Positions 25,593 through 38,494 are shown, numbered from the whole stretch's first letter. The stretch is DNA of 63,721 bases, filler included, from Octopus bimaculoides (GCF_001194135.2; 4 parts of 4 records of this genome joined end to end with filler, not necessarily neighbours in it), one strand, 5' to 3'. Translations and numbers: made by a program. The notes: generated by a model from the sequence alone, not told the origin.

Positions 25593-28500
25593 CACGAACA
25601 ATTATAGCTAAGTATCATGCATTACGAGCCAACTAGAAAGTCAGTTTTCCTCCTGGTGGAAATTACCCCAACATTCCTGCAGAATTCATCCTATTGTCTT
25701 TAGAAAAGTAGGAAGGCCTCTTTAGACATTGAAACCCAGACAATGGAACACAAATAACAAATATAAAACCAGGATTGGCTAAAGTGTAAGGGTTTCATCA
25801 GGGCGAACTGCGGTTGAACAACGAAATAAAACAGAAACATACAAGGCAAGGAAAATGTAAAGAATAGAAGATATAAGCGGGCCTGCAAGCAGCAGAGGCT
25901 AGTAAGGAAATACGGATAATGGATCTTTGTATAAGTTATCTACAAAAGCATGGATTAGCTATTAATAAATAGTGTGTTGTGAAAAATGAGAAAATTTATT
26001 TGTAAGGGAATGTAATAAAACTGTCAAAAATTCTTAAGTAACTAAGTCTGCGGGGATCGGTCCAGTAGCCGCTAAAAGACGTACTACACAATAAAGTGAT
26101 AGATTACTATATTCTATAGTAAACATATAATGAGAATATGGATATGCTCCTTACATCATGCTACTTTGTGATAAGGATGAGTGGCAAGATAATTTGTGGA
26201 TGATAATAAAAACTTCAATATCGAAATGTTAAACGAATTGCTATGAGATATCATACACCACACTGAATAAGGTATGTCGATAGACACACGCACGCACACC
26301 TACGCACGCATGCACGCACACACACACGTATGCATGTGCTTGTATATATATATATATGTATATATATTTATATATATCTTCATATATATTTACACATACT
26401 TTTGTGAGTGGACACACCATATGCGTATATTTATAGTGCATATATGTGTGTGCGTGTGTGTGTGTGTTTGTGTGTTTGTGTGTCTGTGTATATTTATCCG
26501 TGTTTATGTGTGCATATGTGTGTGTTTGGTCACGCGTGTGTGTTAGAATATAAATGCATGAATGATGAGAACGATGTAACTCACATAAGTTCTGTACAGA
26601 AACGCGTTGCAGTTTGAGAAATTTATATTGCAGATATAAAATAATAATCCATTCAGTACTGGTGATAACAACATATGTAGCATACCATATTTTATTGTTT
26701 TTAAACGCAATATTCAGTAGCCCTTTCACTTACAGGGGCCCTAAGAATGGATATTGATAATCTCAAAACTGAGATAAGGCTTAAATGGATACAATACAAT
26801 GGAATACGGGAAAAGTACCCATGATAGCAGGTTGCGGTGTTAAAACGCGTGACGGACTGTTTATCTCCCGAATAATCTAGATCGACTTGAACTAAAAAAA
26901 AATGTTAGGACTTGGTACAAATTCCAGAAGGCACCCGATCCAACGATCCTATAGCTTGGCCATTCTAGCATTGTGGATATGGACTTTCCTCGACCTCAAA
27001 GGGATGCAAGGTGGAGTAGACTGCGAGATTTGAACTGAGAACATAGGAAGCGAAACAAATACAGTGAACGACTTTATCCGATTTTTGAACGCTCAGTGTT
27101 TGAAGAGTGCAAGAGTGTGTGAAGAATGCAATCTCCAATTATATATAGAGAGAGTGTAGAACAATCCTGTTTTATGCGGGAAGCGACTTGAAGTGTGTTG
27201 AATGTGATGACTCTATTTTATTTGTTTTATCACTGATCTATGACTGTCATATCTCTCCGCTTTTAAAGATTACTAGGTTGCTGCTATGCGTGCCTTGCTT
27301 TATGTGTGTTGTTTGTGCCCGTGTGTTTGACCAATGCTGCTGACGATGTGAGCTGTCACTGTTGTGTCACCGCTTTGAGCGTATATTTGTAGTTACTGAT
27401 GTTTACTATTAGTTACTTTTGGTAAGCAGTATAAAAAGAAAAAAAAAATCTCCAAGGAAGAATCCTCGAAACGTTTAATTTCTACGTCTTGGGCTACATT
27501 ATCAATTCGTTCTGTCACTTTTCTGATAGTAATGTAAAAGGGATATGATTACTACTGCTAGAAGATAGGTAGCTAAATAGACGTGTTTGATTTCTGCTTA
27601 TAATGCAGACCAGATGGACGAGAAGTAATCGAAATGTGTACACTAACCAATGTGATTAGTGTTATTGTTTTCAGAAGGGCCTACAAATTACGCAGGCCCA
27701 TAATGAAAGGTGCTCCATTCATGACAATGTGGTTTACTTTCTTCACGATGTTAAGATGTGATTGAGGTTATTTGGCAACTATTTGAAGCAATTCGATCAA
27801 CGTAGAGAGATTCCTTCTGGTTCAGTCGTTGTCCCCTCGTTGACTTTTAGAGATACCCGCTTTAGCCCAGATTTGTAGATTGCTGAAGTTAAGATTGGTG
27901 TATATAGCTACAACATTAACGTTACAAGAATGTCAAAGATAATCTATGAATTGCAAAGCCAAGTAAAATTTATTGGTTAAGGATTGTTTGACAACGTATG
28001 TGAGATTATCGAAGTCTGTTAATGATTCTGTACGAAGTCATAAATATTGTAAGTGAATATGCGAGTGTTTTGAGCTAAGTTCACGACTGAGCCCAGATAA
28101 CTATATTTAACTTCAGTAAATTTTGCCTGAATTTACCGCGATATACTGAATCAAGTAGTTGTCTTTCGACATTTTAGAAGATATTGTTCGTAAGGTAAGA
28201 ATTTTATAATAGTGTTCATAACGAGATTTTGCAGATGGATGCGATATTCTTAGTTTAAATTTATTGTGAACAGATAAGTTTCAAATACGGAAGATGAAAT
28301 TGTGATTCCTTAACCTACAATGAATTTCTGAGATATGCTAAATTATTATAGATCGATCGTTTTCCGCAGATTATTTTGAAAGACTTCTTTTCCCGTCGTA
28401 ACTTCATTAAGGCAGTGGTTTTGGCATAATTCTGTTATATAAATTTCGGTCGAAGTAAGTTCAAAATACCTGCGTCTCTTCTTTGTAAAATAATCTTGTA

Positions 28501-29120
28501 ATTTACGGAGGACTTCACCAGGTGCCGAACAAATTTTATCTTGCATACACGTAGCCTATTCATACGAAATGTAAACAATAGAATAGATGTTGCCATAATA
28601 AGTAGTAAAGGGCGCAGGGCAACAAAATATAATTAGCTATTATTCCACAATGAATCAAGCGGAGTCAATAAATAACTGAATATGATTAACATTTGGGGTG
28701 CATTTTGAAATTTTAGGTTCCATAGCTGGTAGACATAATTAGTAGAAATAGCTTGCGAAATTGATTTTACATTCAGCACAACGTGTATATATCCGCTTCA
28801 CATGTTTGATACGTATAATAAATAAGTTTTCTGATGAACACTCAAAAAGACAATACAATAACAACAATGCATATTCCATAAATATATCACAAATAGGAAT
28901 ATATATGCGGGTAAAAGTCAATACTTAAATAGCAAGAATATTACGTAATCGTAAAAGAGAAATATGACACCAACATGTCGAGAGGAAAATGTATTCATTT
29001 TGCAGGCTAATCAATTTGCATTACTACCAATAAACTAAAAGGAAATGCATACAAGCAGCATATTTCTTCTGAAGTTGGGAATGTTTAGAAAATGTGTCTA
29101 TATATATATATGTATGTATG

Positions 29121-29157
<37 letters not shown>

Positions 29158-29295
29158 TATTAACAAGAAGAATGGAGGGAGCCAGTCCATTTATGATTTC
29201 GATTCACAATTGTAATGTCAAGATTACTGTGTGCTTGATATCGTGCACTTATGGATAATCTTAACAGAGGAAACTCCAGAAATAAAACCCATTAT

Positions 29296-29297
29296 TA

Positions 29298-29344
<47 letters not shown>

Positions 29345-29647
29345 GTTCAGTAGTTTTATTTTTATAACGTGCTTTCACTTCACTACCGAGCGCAGCTCTG
29401 TGCGCCTTGGGTATGTGCTGTGGTTTGCTGTGGTGTTCTTAAGGTTACTGTATTGAAAGTGTTTTGCGTAGGATGTGTGCAGTGCCCAGTAGTGCAATTT
29501 TCTGTAAGTCCTGGTGTTTTTTTTATGTATTTGTCTGAATATTTTTTTTATTATACCTAAGGCACCTATTATGATAGGAATTGTTTCTGTTTTTAGATTC
29601 CACATTCGAGTTACCTCTATTTCCAGGTCTTTGTATTTTGAAAGTTT
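29296..29647 (-). mobile_element. 3' end of an R4/Dong-like RLE non-LTR retrotransposon ending in (TAA)n
   Basis: MWNLKTETIPIIIGALGIIKK (RLE C-terminus). 3' UTR matches 40410-40580. Confidence 0.7.
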
Positions 29648-29821
29648 NNNNNNNNNNNNNNNNNNNNNNNNNNNNNNNNNNNNNNNNNNNNTTAATTAAT
29701 TAANNNNNNNNNNNNNNNNNNNNNNNNNNNNNNNNNNNNNNNNNNNNAGAGAGAGAGAGAGAGAGAAAGAGAGGGAGAAAGAGATAGAGAGAGAGAGAGA
29801 GAGAGAGAAAGAGAGGGAGAA

Positions 29822-29864
<43 letters not shown>

Positions 29865-30379
29865 TTTGTATATATATTTATGTCTTGCCTATACATGTCT
29901 GTATATGTATGTAGCTATGTACATGCGTCTGTATGTTTTAGTGTATATATGTATATTATAGACAGTTTGGTATGTGTATATACTGCTAAATATATATGTA
30001 ATCCAACATGAAAATTTTTTTTAAATGGATATACGTTTTAATGTATTAATTGATTAATATTTTACAAATAATTATTTACCCTGTGTATTTAGGCTCTGTC
30101 TTTCTTTATAAGCTATTTTTGATTTAAGGTTTTCTTTGATTTTATAGTAAGATGATTTTATACCGAAATTTGTTCAGTGCATGCAACCTGTCGTTGTAAA
30201 GACTGTTAGTTGAAAGGACGAATGAAACATAATCATTTTCAAATGTGCATCCATTAAACTAATTGTATATATTTGCTTATAACCTTATTTTTGTTCTATT
30301 CTAAACAAAACTGCTCTACGAATGGGAACATGAAACTCTCAGTAACAGCTTTTTGATATTTTTACTGCTTTTTAATAAA

Positions 30380-30422
<43 letters not shown>

Positions 30423-30699
30423 AATACATACACCAGTGATTCCGTTCAAGTCACTGCCCTCGCACTAATACCAGTATGGGAAGCCTCTCCTCTGTACCAG
30501 AAGACTCTCCTCTTTCTTAATTTAAACTTTAGCCCATTTATGCCTGCAGTAATAACACTTATGTTAACAATATTTGTCCTACAATCACTCCCAATAGGGG
30601 TAACAATTTTAAACATGATTGAATGATGATGAACTAAAGTGAGAACAATCCTTGACATGTCTCTTACCAAATGCTCACTGAAACCTTCTTTTCAGATGG

Positions 30700-31903
30700 T
30701 GAATAACATTCTCACTCCCCATATCCCTTTCCACGTTTTCAGACTTGGCACTGTCAATGAAGACACATTGAAAGGTAGGTCTGGCAAGATTGTGGAGATG
30801 CTGGAACAGAGGCATATTGATGCATGCTGCATTCAACAGGTAATGTGGAAGGGAGCTTCAGCCAGGTTCCTCACAGGCAAGACGCATAGGTATAAACTCT
30901 TCTGGGAAGGCAACAGTAGGTGGTGTGGGAATACATCTTGCAGAGAAATGGGTTGATAAAGTCATAGAGGCAGTCAGAGCATATGACAGAGTACTTAAGC
31001 TCAGGCTAGTTTTGCAAACTAGTACAGCGACAATCTCTGCTTATGCCCCACAAGTAGATCTACCAAATGAACAAAGGGACCGCTTTTATGATATCATTCT
31101 GCAGGCTATCTCAAAGATGAATGACAATGAATTCATCTTCATGGCTGGTAATTACAATGGACATATTGGGCAGCAGCCAGGCATCTTCCATGGTGTACAT
31201 GGGAGCCATGGAATTGGTCCCCGAAACAAAGAGGGAACAAGGCTACTGGGAGTTCTGTGATGCGAATAACCTATTGATTTGCAACACCAAGTTCAGGAAA
31301 CCAGACAGCTACCTGATAACCTATCAATCATGTGACCACGCTAGCCAGCTTGATTACATTCTCACCAGACAATGAGATACATGGTTGTTCATAAATGCAA
31401 AGACCTTCCCTGGTGAAGAAAGTATCTCCCAGCATACACTAGTCATTAGTGACTTTAGACTTTAGGTCAGGAGGGTGCCAAGAAGAAGACCGATTTGGAA
31501 AAGAAGGATCCTCTGTATGGCCAGAGATTCAGGAACACTTTGAGAAATTTGATGAGAAGGAGGAGGAACTACAGACATGTAACATAGAGGGCAACTGGGG
31601 ATTCCTAAGGGACAGCTTACTGAGTGCCACAGACCAAATCTGCAGCTGGTGCAAAGACTCATCGAGACTGAGGGTGATGTGGTGGTGGAATGATGCCGTA
31701 GACAAGACCATTAGGGTAAAAAACAGACCTGGAAGTCTGGGGGTAGCAGGGAATTGTATCAGATAGTCAGAAAGGAAGCTAGGAGGCAGGTATATTTAGC
31801 CAGGGAAGTAGTAGAAAAGAAGTTTGCCAATGTTCTGCAAAGTAAGGACCAGAGACTTGAAGTGTTTTGGATTGAAAGACAGTGTGTAAGAGAAAATCTT
31901 GAT

Positions 31904-31939
<36 letters not shown>

Positions 31940-34140
31940 GTTTAACGTCCGCTTTCCATGCTAGCATGGGTTGGACAATTTGACTGAGGACTGGTGGACC
32001 AGGAGGCGACACCAGGCTCCAATCTGATTTGGCAGAGTTTCTACAGCTGGATGCCCTTCCTAACGCCAACCACTCCGAGAATGTAGTGAGACTCCGAGAG
32101 TGTAGTGAGACTCCGAGAGTGTAGTGACCACTCTGAGAGTAGAGAAATGTATCTGCATGGATCATGGTTTATTTGCATTTAGTGATTCTTGGAAACATCA
32201 TTACGAAAGGCTGCTAAATGAAGAGAATGAATGTGAGAAAGAGAGTCTGCCAAATGTTGACCCAACTGAGGACCAGCTATCCAAATCGACAGTACCTTGG
32301 TAGATAAAGCAACTGAGGATATGAAGACAGGGAATGCTCCTGGCCCATTGGGGAATCACTGCTGAGATGTTTAAAATATCTGGCAGTGTAGGTCATGGTC
32401 TAGTCACCCATATAGTCAACCAGGTGGTATATACAGGTGTCACACCCAATGACTGGTGTAACAATACCATAGTCAACTGCTACAAAGGTAAAGGTGATGC
32501 CTTAGACAGAAATAATTACAGAGGTATCAANNNNNNNNNNTTAGACAGAAATAATTACAGAGGTATCAAATTGTTGGATCAGGTGATGAAAGTCACAGAG
32601 AAGGTCATAGCCCAACTAATTAAGGACAGAGTCTAGATGAGATGCAGTTTGGTTTTGCACCAGAGAGAAGCACCACTGATGCTATATTTCGGGTAAGGCA
32701 GCTGTAGGAGAAATACCTAGCCAAAGATAAACCTGTGTACTTGGCTTTTGTTGACATGGAGAAAGCCTTTGACAGGGTTCCCTGATCCCTTATCTGGTGG
32801 TCAATGCGGACTAGGGATAGATGAGTGGTTGGTGAGAGCTGTACAAGCCATGTAGAGGGATGATGTAAGATGAGGGTTGGCAACAAGTATAGCGAAAAAT
32901 TCAAGGTACAAGTAGGGGTTCACCAAGGATCAGTCCTAGTAATTTGGAAGGCAGACAAATCATAAATCCCTTCAGATAGATGGCCCTGCTCAATCTGTAG
33001 GAAAGGCATAGGTACAAGTTCCATAAGATGTAACCGGTGTAAGTTATGGATAGATAAGAGATGCAGCAATATCAGAGGAAGTTTAACAGGGGAAATAGTT
33101 TTCCTGTGTGGAAGGTGCACAGGTACAATTAACACTAAAGATATACAGAAAATAGACTCCATCAAATGCCAGGGGGAAAACTAGAAGTAGTTGATAGCTT
33201 CTGTTATCTAGGTGACCAAGTCAGTGGTGGGAGTAGATGCTCTGAGAGCATAGCTGCAAGAATAAGAATAGGTTGGGCAAAATTCAGAGAGCTCCTACCT
33301 CTGTTGGTAACAAAGGGCCTCTCCCTCAGAGTGAAAGGCAGATTCTATGATGCCTGTGTGCAAACAGCTATGCTACATGGCAGTGAAACATGGGCTGTGA
33401 CTGCTGAGGACATGCGTAGGCTTGAAAGAAATGAAGCTAGTGTGCTTCGCTGGATGTACAATGTCAGTATGCATGTATAACAAAGTATAAACATCTTGAG
33501 AGAAAACTTGGGCATAAAAGACACCAGATGTGGTGTGTAAGAGAGACAAATGCATTGGTATGGTCATGTGATGCATATGGATGTGGACAGCTTTGGAAGA
33601 GGGAGACCTAGGAAGACATGGGACAAGGTGGTGAAGCATGATCTTCAAACATTCGGCCTCACAGAGGCAATGACTAGTGACTGAAACCTTTGGAGATATG
33701 CTGTGTTTGAGAAGATCTGTCAAACCAAGTGAAATCATAGTTGTGGATGTTGTCGGTGCCATGCCAGTGGCACATAAAAATCATCTTTCGAGCATTGGGC
33801 CTCACAAAGGTAATGTGACCAATGCCAGTGTTGTGTAACTAGCACCCGTGCCGGTAGCATGTCAAAAGCGCCTTTTGAGTGCTGGGCCTCACGGAGACAA
33901 TGACAAATGACCGAGACTGTCGGCAATAGTAATGGCAGATACTGGCGTCATACAACTGGCATCTGTGCCAGTGACACGTAAAAGTGGTTGGCATTAGGAA
34001 GGGCATCCAGGTGTAGAAACCATGCCAAATCAGACTGTAGTCTGGTGAAGTCCCTCAGCTTACCTGCCTTGGTCAAACTGTCCAACCCATGCAAGTATGG
34101 AAATGGATGTTAATTATGATATATATTTTATGATGATGAT
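30700..34140 (+). mobile_element. Decayed RTE-clade LINE (APE endonuclease, RT, PHD-like finger, 3' UTR, GAT tail)
   Basis: RLGTVN..TLKGRSG, SAYAPQ, QLDYIL, YRGIKLLDQVMK, AFVDMEKAFDRVP, FCYLGD and GSETW motifs, with stops, frameshifts and an internal RT deletion. Confidence 0.9.
31906..32140 (-). mobile_element. RTE 3'-end copy nested antisense inside the RTE LINE
   Basis: Interrupts gagaaaatcttgat...gagaaatgtatctgc, which is contiguous in the second RTE copy. Confidence 0.8.
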
Positions 34141-34141
34141 A

Positions 34142-34263
34142 CATCATCATCATCATCATCGTTTAAACGTCCACTTTCCATGCTAGCATGGGTTGGACGA
34201 TTTGACTGAGGACTGGTGCAACCGGATGGCTACACCAGGCTCCAATCTAATTTGGCAGAGTTT
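34142..34263 (-). mobile_element. RTE 3'-end copy, tail-to-tail with the large RTE
   Basis: (ATC)n followed by the reverse complement of the 3' UTR. Confidence 0.75.
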
Positions 34264-34605
34264 CCATATATATATATATATATATTTGAAGGTTTGGAGG
34301 TGATGTACAGAAATTATATAGAAAAAAATTAAGGTACTCAGAAATCTGGATGTTTGTACATTTACAGATTTTTATTAATGTCCTAGTCGTGTAGGATTTT
34401 CAAAATTTTATTCTTAATAATTTTTTCTTTCCTAATATTTTCATTCATATTTTTATTCTTACGTTTGTAGAAATAAATATTCTTGCATTTTTCTATTATT
34501 CAATTNNNNNNNNNNNNNNNNNNNNNNNNNNNNNNNNNNNNNNNNNNNNTTAATTAATTAANNNNNNNNNNNNNNNNNNNNNNNNNNNNNNNNNNNNNNN
34601 NNNNN

Positions 34606-34950
34606 CCTGATGGGCCGGGGGCTTTCCCTGTCTTCATACTCTTAATTGCTTTATCTACCCTGGTACTATCAACTCGGATAGCTGGTCCCTCTATTGGGTC
34701 GACATACGGCAGGCTCTCTTCCTCCCATTCATTCTCTTTACCTGTGTTCTTTGCCTGTGAGGAACCTCGCAGAACCTCCTCTCCATCTTACTTCCTGGAT
34801 GCAGCACATATCTACGCATCTCCGTTCAAGCATCTCAACAATTTCACCAGATCTACCTTTCAGCGTGCCGACGTTGAGAGTGCCAATCCTAACAGTATGG
34901 GTGTTGGGGGTGTGGGCCTGTAGCCTGGGAAGGGGGAAAGCAGTGTCGTG
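34606..34950 (-). mobile_element. Internally deleted RTE fragment (APE N-terminus fused to the pre-RT segment)
   Basis: Matches 46520-46720 joined directly to 45270-45380. Confidence 0.75.
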
Positions 34951-35224
34951 TATATATATATATGTTATATGTTGTAGTGATATGTAATAAAGTATGTTCA
35001 GTCTATCTTCTCCTCATCATCATTATCATACAACATCTATTTTCCATACTGGTATGTTTTGGATGGTTTGAGAGGAGCTGATAAGATGCAAAGTCAGCTA
35101 TGGTGGGATTAGCACTTACAGCTTAAAGAACCATAAAGACAGTACCCCAGATAATTCTATCTACAGCATTACCAGTTCAGTAAGCCCTAGACATTTATTT
35201 ATTTATCTGTTTGTTTGTTTTCAG

Positions 35225-35404
35225 TCCTGATGGTGCATTACTGGCTTCCCAAGGTGGAGAGCCTGATTATATGCTGACTCTGTGGAATTGGTCCCAGGAG
35301 CAGATTGTCTTGAGATGTAAAGCTTTCTCCCAGGAAATATACCGAGTGTCCTTCTCTGCTGATCTTGAGGGATATCTGACCACTGCTGGAATGGGACATA
35401 TCAG
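35225..35404 (+). CDS. CFAP44: CFAP44/WDR52 internal exon A (first visible), (S)PDGALLASQGGEPDYMLTLWNWSQEQIVLRCKAFSQEIYRVSFSADLEGYLTTAGMGHI(R)
   Basis: tttcag acceptor, AG|GTAAGG donor, 180 bp, phase 2/2. Peptide matches the CFAP44 WD40 segment I recall (LLASVGSNPDYTLTIWNW...KAFSQEV). Confidence 0.9.
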
Positions 35405-35739
35405 GTAAGGGAACTTTCAACCAAAGTAATCTGATGTTTGTCATTTGTGTATTTCTTGACAGTGGACCACCTTCAAATCTTTAAGATTGTATGCTAACAA
35501 CCAACTTTCTGTCACTTCCAATAACATCTGCTTTTACACAGATGATATCACCTTTCATTCTTCCCTAACATTCTGCATCCAGGCATCACTGACATACAAT
35601 CTGAATTTCTCTTAGAAAATCTGTTCTGATTGCATGAACTAAAACTTTGTAAACATTCTCCATTGAAGTCATATCAATTGTAATCTACTGAATTGTTTAA
35701 AAACAAAGTCACAGTACATATTGAGAGAAGATTGTCTCA

Positions 35740-35940
35740 CTTTGCTCCTTTTAACATGAATAGCATGTAGCTGAAACCCTCAAGATCACTACAAGTTTTA
35801 GATCTTTCTATCAATGATGAGCCTGCCTCTTAAGAACCAGGATGTACTTCAGCTCCAATCAACAATTAACCTCTGTAAAGCTCAAGTGAGAGCCACAATG
35901 GAGAACTGCTCCCACATCTGGAATAACACTTCTGCTAGAC
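35740..35940 (+). mobile_element. Old CR1/L2-like RT C-terminal remnant
   Basis: KAQVRATMENCSHIW resembles the LYKAQVRP-MEYCSHIW motif. Confidence 0.45.
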
Positions 35941-36399
35941 ATATATATATATATGTATCAGACCACATTTAAAGAAAGATCACTTGACTGATTAGCATGA
36001 AGTCACTCACCAACTCATTCCAACTAAGCTAATATAAAGAGATAAAAACATCACCATCATCATTTTATGTTTGTTTTCCATACAAGTATGGATTGAATGA
36101 TTAACAAGATCTGACAAGGAGGATTATGTCTTTCTCCAATGTCTCAGTTTTGGCATTGTGTCTATGATTGGATGATCTTCCTAACACCAACCCCTCTGCA
36201 GAGTATACTGGGTATATTTTTCCATGGCAACGGCACCATAGATTGCCTTGCTGTTTGCAAGACTAAACAGCTCTCTCTCCCTAACCCTTTGTTGTCACTG
36301 CTCGGATTGATTACTAAGTACTAATAGAGTGTACTGCTTTCTGGAGAATCAGTACTGGTGGATATCATCTTGTAGCTTGCAAGATGAAAGAGAGCTCCC

Positions 36400-37320
36400 T
36401 TGATAGATGGAACAGATTTAGAAAAATAGAGAGAACAATGTTAGGATGGGAGTAATGGAGTAATGGAGGAGATAGGAGTAAAGGAAGGGAAATAGAGCTA
36501 TGTGGAGGAACTGGGCAACAAAGTAACATTGGTGATAGGGTTGGTTGAATATGTGAACTTTATGACCAGGTGGTTGGTCTGCTTGCCATATCTGGACACT
36601 TCATCGGGGTCAAAGACAGCTCTCATTGGAATTAAGCATGTTTATTACTGAGAAAAGGTGGTAGAAGAGAGATTAACAGAGACAGTGTGAGAGAAGGGTG
36701 TAATGCGAGGGAAAGGGAAAAGTAGTGTCTGGAGTTTAGTGTAAAAGAGTTAGAGATTGATTGGAAAATGGAGAGGATTGAGCAGAAGATGCAGTGCTAT
36801 CTGATGTTGTATAGACGAATGGGTAGAATGATAAGTGGAATGATAAGATAAGATGGAAGTGGGTAATAGGATGTAAGAAAAAGAGTAGTGTCAAAGAATT
36901 AGTGACAGAGAATCAGAGAACAATAAGGATTGTGGGAGGATTAAGTGAGAGAATGTGTGGTGTTACTCCACATTACAAATGGTTGGGCAGAGTGGCGCAT
37001 GGAGGAAAGATAAAATGATGAGACAGAAGGTATCTTCAAGGTCACATGTCCAAGAAAACCATGCGAGGTGGATAAAGGTTATCAGAGTGCAAACCCCTCA
37101 CCACCCAAGCATGATGATTCAGGAGGAAAGGTGGATGAGCAGCAGGATATGGATGATGAAGGTATGAGGTTGTGCAAGATATTCAAAATGTACAAATTAA
37201 TGTTCCTTTCAGTTATAGATAGTATGGTGAGTAGAATAGATGATGGCAAGTCAGTAAAGAAGAGGTATAGGAGGTAGGAGGATACAATACTGTCATGAAA
37301 ATTGGAAAGAAACATGGGGT
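36400..37320 (-). mobile_element. Very old LINE RT remnant
   Basis: DSIVSSYLLYLFFTDLPSSI resembles the GS-LSP-LF--F-NDLP RT motif. Boundaries vague. Confidence 0.3.
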
Positions 37321-37469
37321 AATGTAGAGCTAGAGAAAAAAATAAAACAATATGGTCCTAACTGGCAAGCCTTTGATCAAAGATCTACTTGATTTGATCT
37401 GTGGGTAAACAGCTATGACAAATAATAAAAACAGCAATGTTACTTCACATTATGTATGGCTGGGTTAGA

Positions 37470-37832
37470 GTGGTGCATGCCGGTGCCATAAAAAGAGTGC
37501 TAGCATCACATAAAAGGATCCATGCCAGCACTACATAAGAAGCACCCAGTGCTGGCATCATGTGAAAAATGCCTGTGCTAATGCTGTGTAAAAACCACCT
37601 GTGCCAGTGCCACGCATTTATGCATTAAAGGACCTCTTGCTGGTGCCATGTAAGAAGCACTCAGTTCATGTTGTAAAGTGGTTGGCCTTAGGAAGGGCAC
37701 CCAGCCATAGAAACCATGCCGAATTAGAAAACTGGAGCTTGGTGCAGTTCTCTGGCTTGCCAGCTCCTGTCAAACCAGTCAAACCATGCCAGCATGGGAA
37801 ACAGATGTGAAATAGATGTTAAATGCTGCTGC

Positions 37833-37870
<38 letters not shown>
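37470..37870 (+). mobile_element. RTE 3'-UTR copy whose (GAT)n tail abuts the branch point of CFAP44 exon B
   Basis: Homologous to 33760-34140. Confidence 0.7.
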
Positions 37871-37871
<1 letters not shown>

Positions 37872-37907
37872 CTAATGAATATGTTTTTGTTTTTTCTTTT
37901 CTCACAG

Positions 37908-38187
37908 GTTCTGGAAAATGGCAAATACGTTCACAGGTTTGAAGCTTCAAGGGTATCTTGGGAAATTTGGCAAAACTGAGATGTCAGATATTGAGGGATA
38001 TGTCGAACTCCCAGATGGCAAGGTGGTTTCCAGCTGCGAGTGGGGAAACCTGTTGGTGTGGGATGGTGGACTGATTAAAGTCCAGATTGGACGGAAAAAT
38101 AACAAAACCTGCCATGTGGGCCACATTCAGCAAATTTTTTTGGATGAAGGAGAACTTATGACCATTGGTCAAGATGGCTACATTCGT
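37908..38187 (+). CDS. CFAP44: CFAP44 exon [60 protein letters not shown]...GQDGYIR
   Basis: ttttctcacag acceptor, GTGAGT donor, 280 bp, in frame with exon A. Contains the characteristic [15 protein letters not shown] and ELPDGKV-S--EWGN motifs. Confidence 0.93.
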
Positions 38188-38494
38188 GTGAGTTGAATTC
38201 TGTTTAACTTTCATCTTTTTAAGTTTGCATGTTATATAAGCTATTAACTGTGGGATGGAGAATCTGCCAAATGCATCGAGATTTTGATGTGATCGTTTAT
38301 TTTTAGGATAACATTATAGGGTAGATGGGCAAGGCCAGATCTGGCCAGTTTTAATATAAAACAGATAGAATAATTTGCCCAGATTATGTATGAATGTGTG
38401 TATGTATTTAAGGTATTTTAAACATTCTATGTCAGACCTAAGTAGCTAAATTTGGTGTTGAATACTCTTGCCAAGTAGGCTTTTTGTGGGAAAG

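Noticed and set aside
202-30000. Dozens of 60-170 aa ORFs rich in YI, CV, HT, SL or poly-H/M/I
   Set aside because: Translations of microsatellites and SINE bodies.
32502-32569. Direct repeat TTAGACAGAAATAATTACAGAGGTATCAA around 10 Ns
   Set aside because: Unmerged contig overlap; the second RTE copy has this segment only once.
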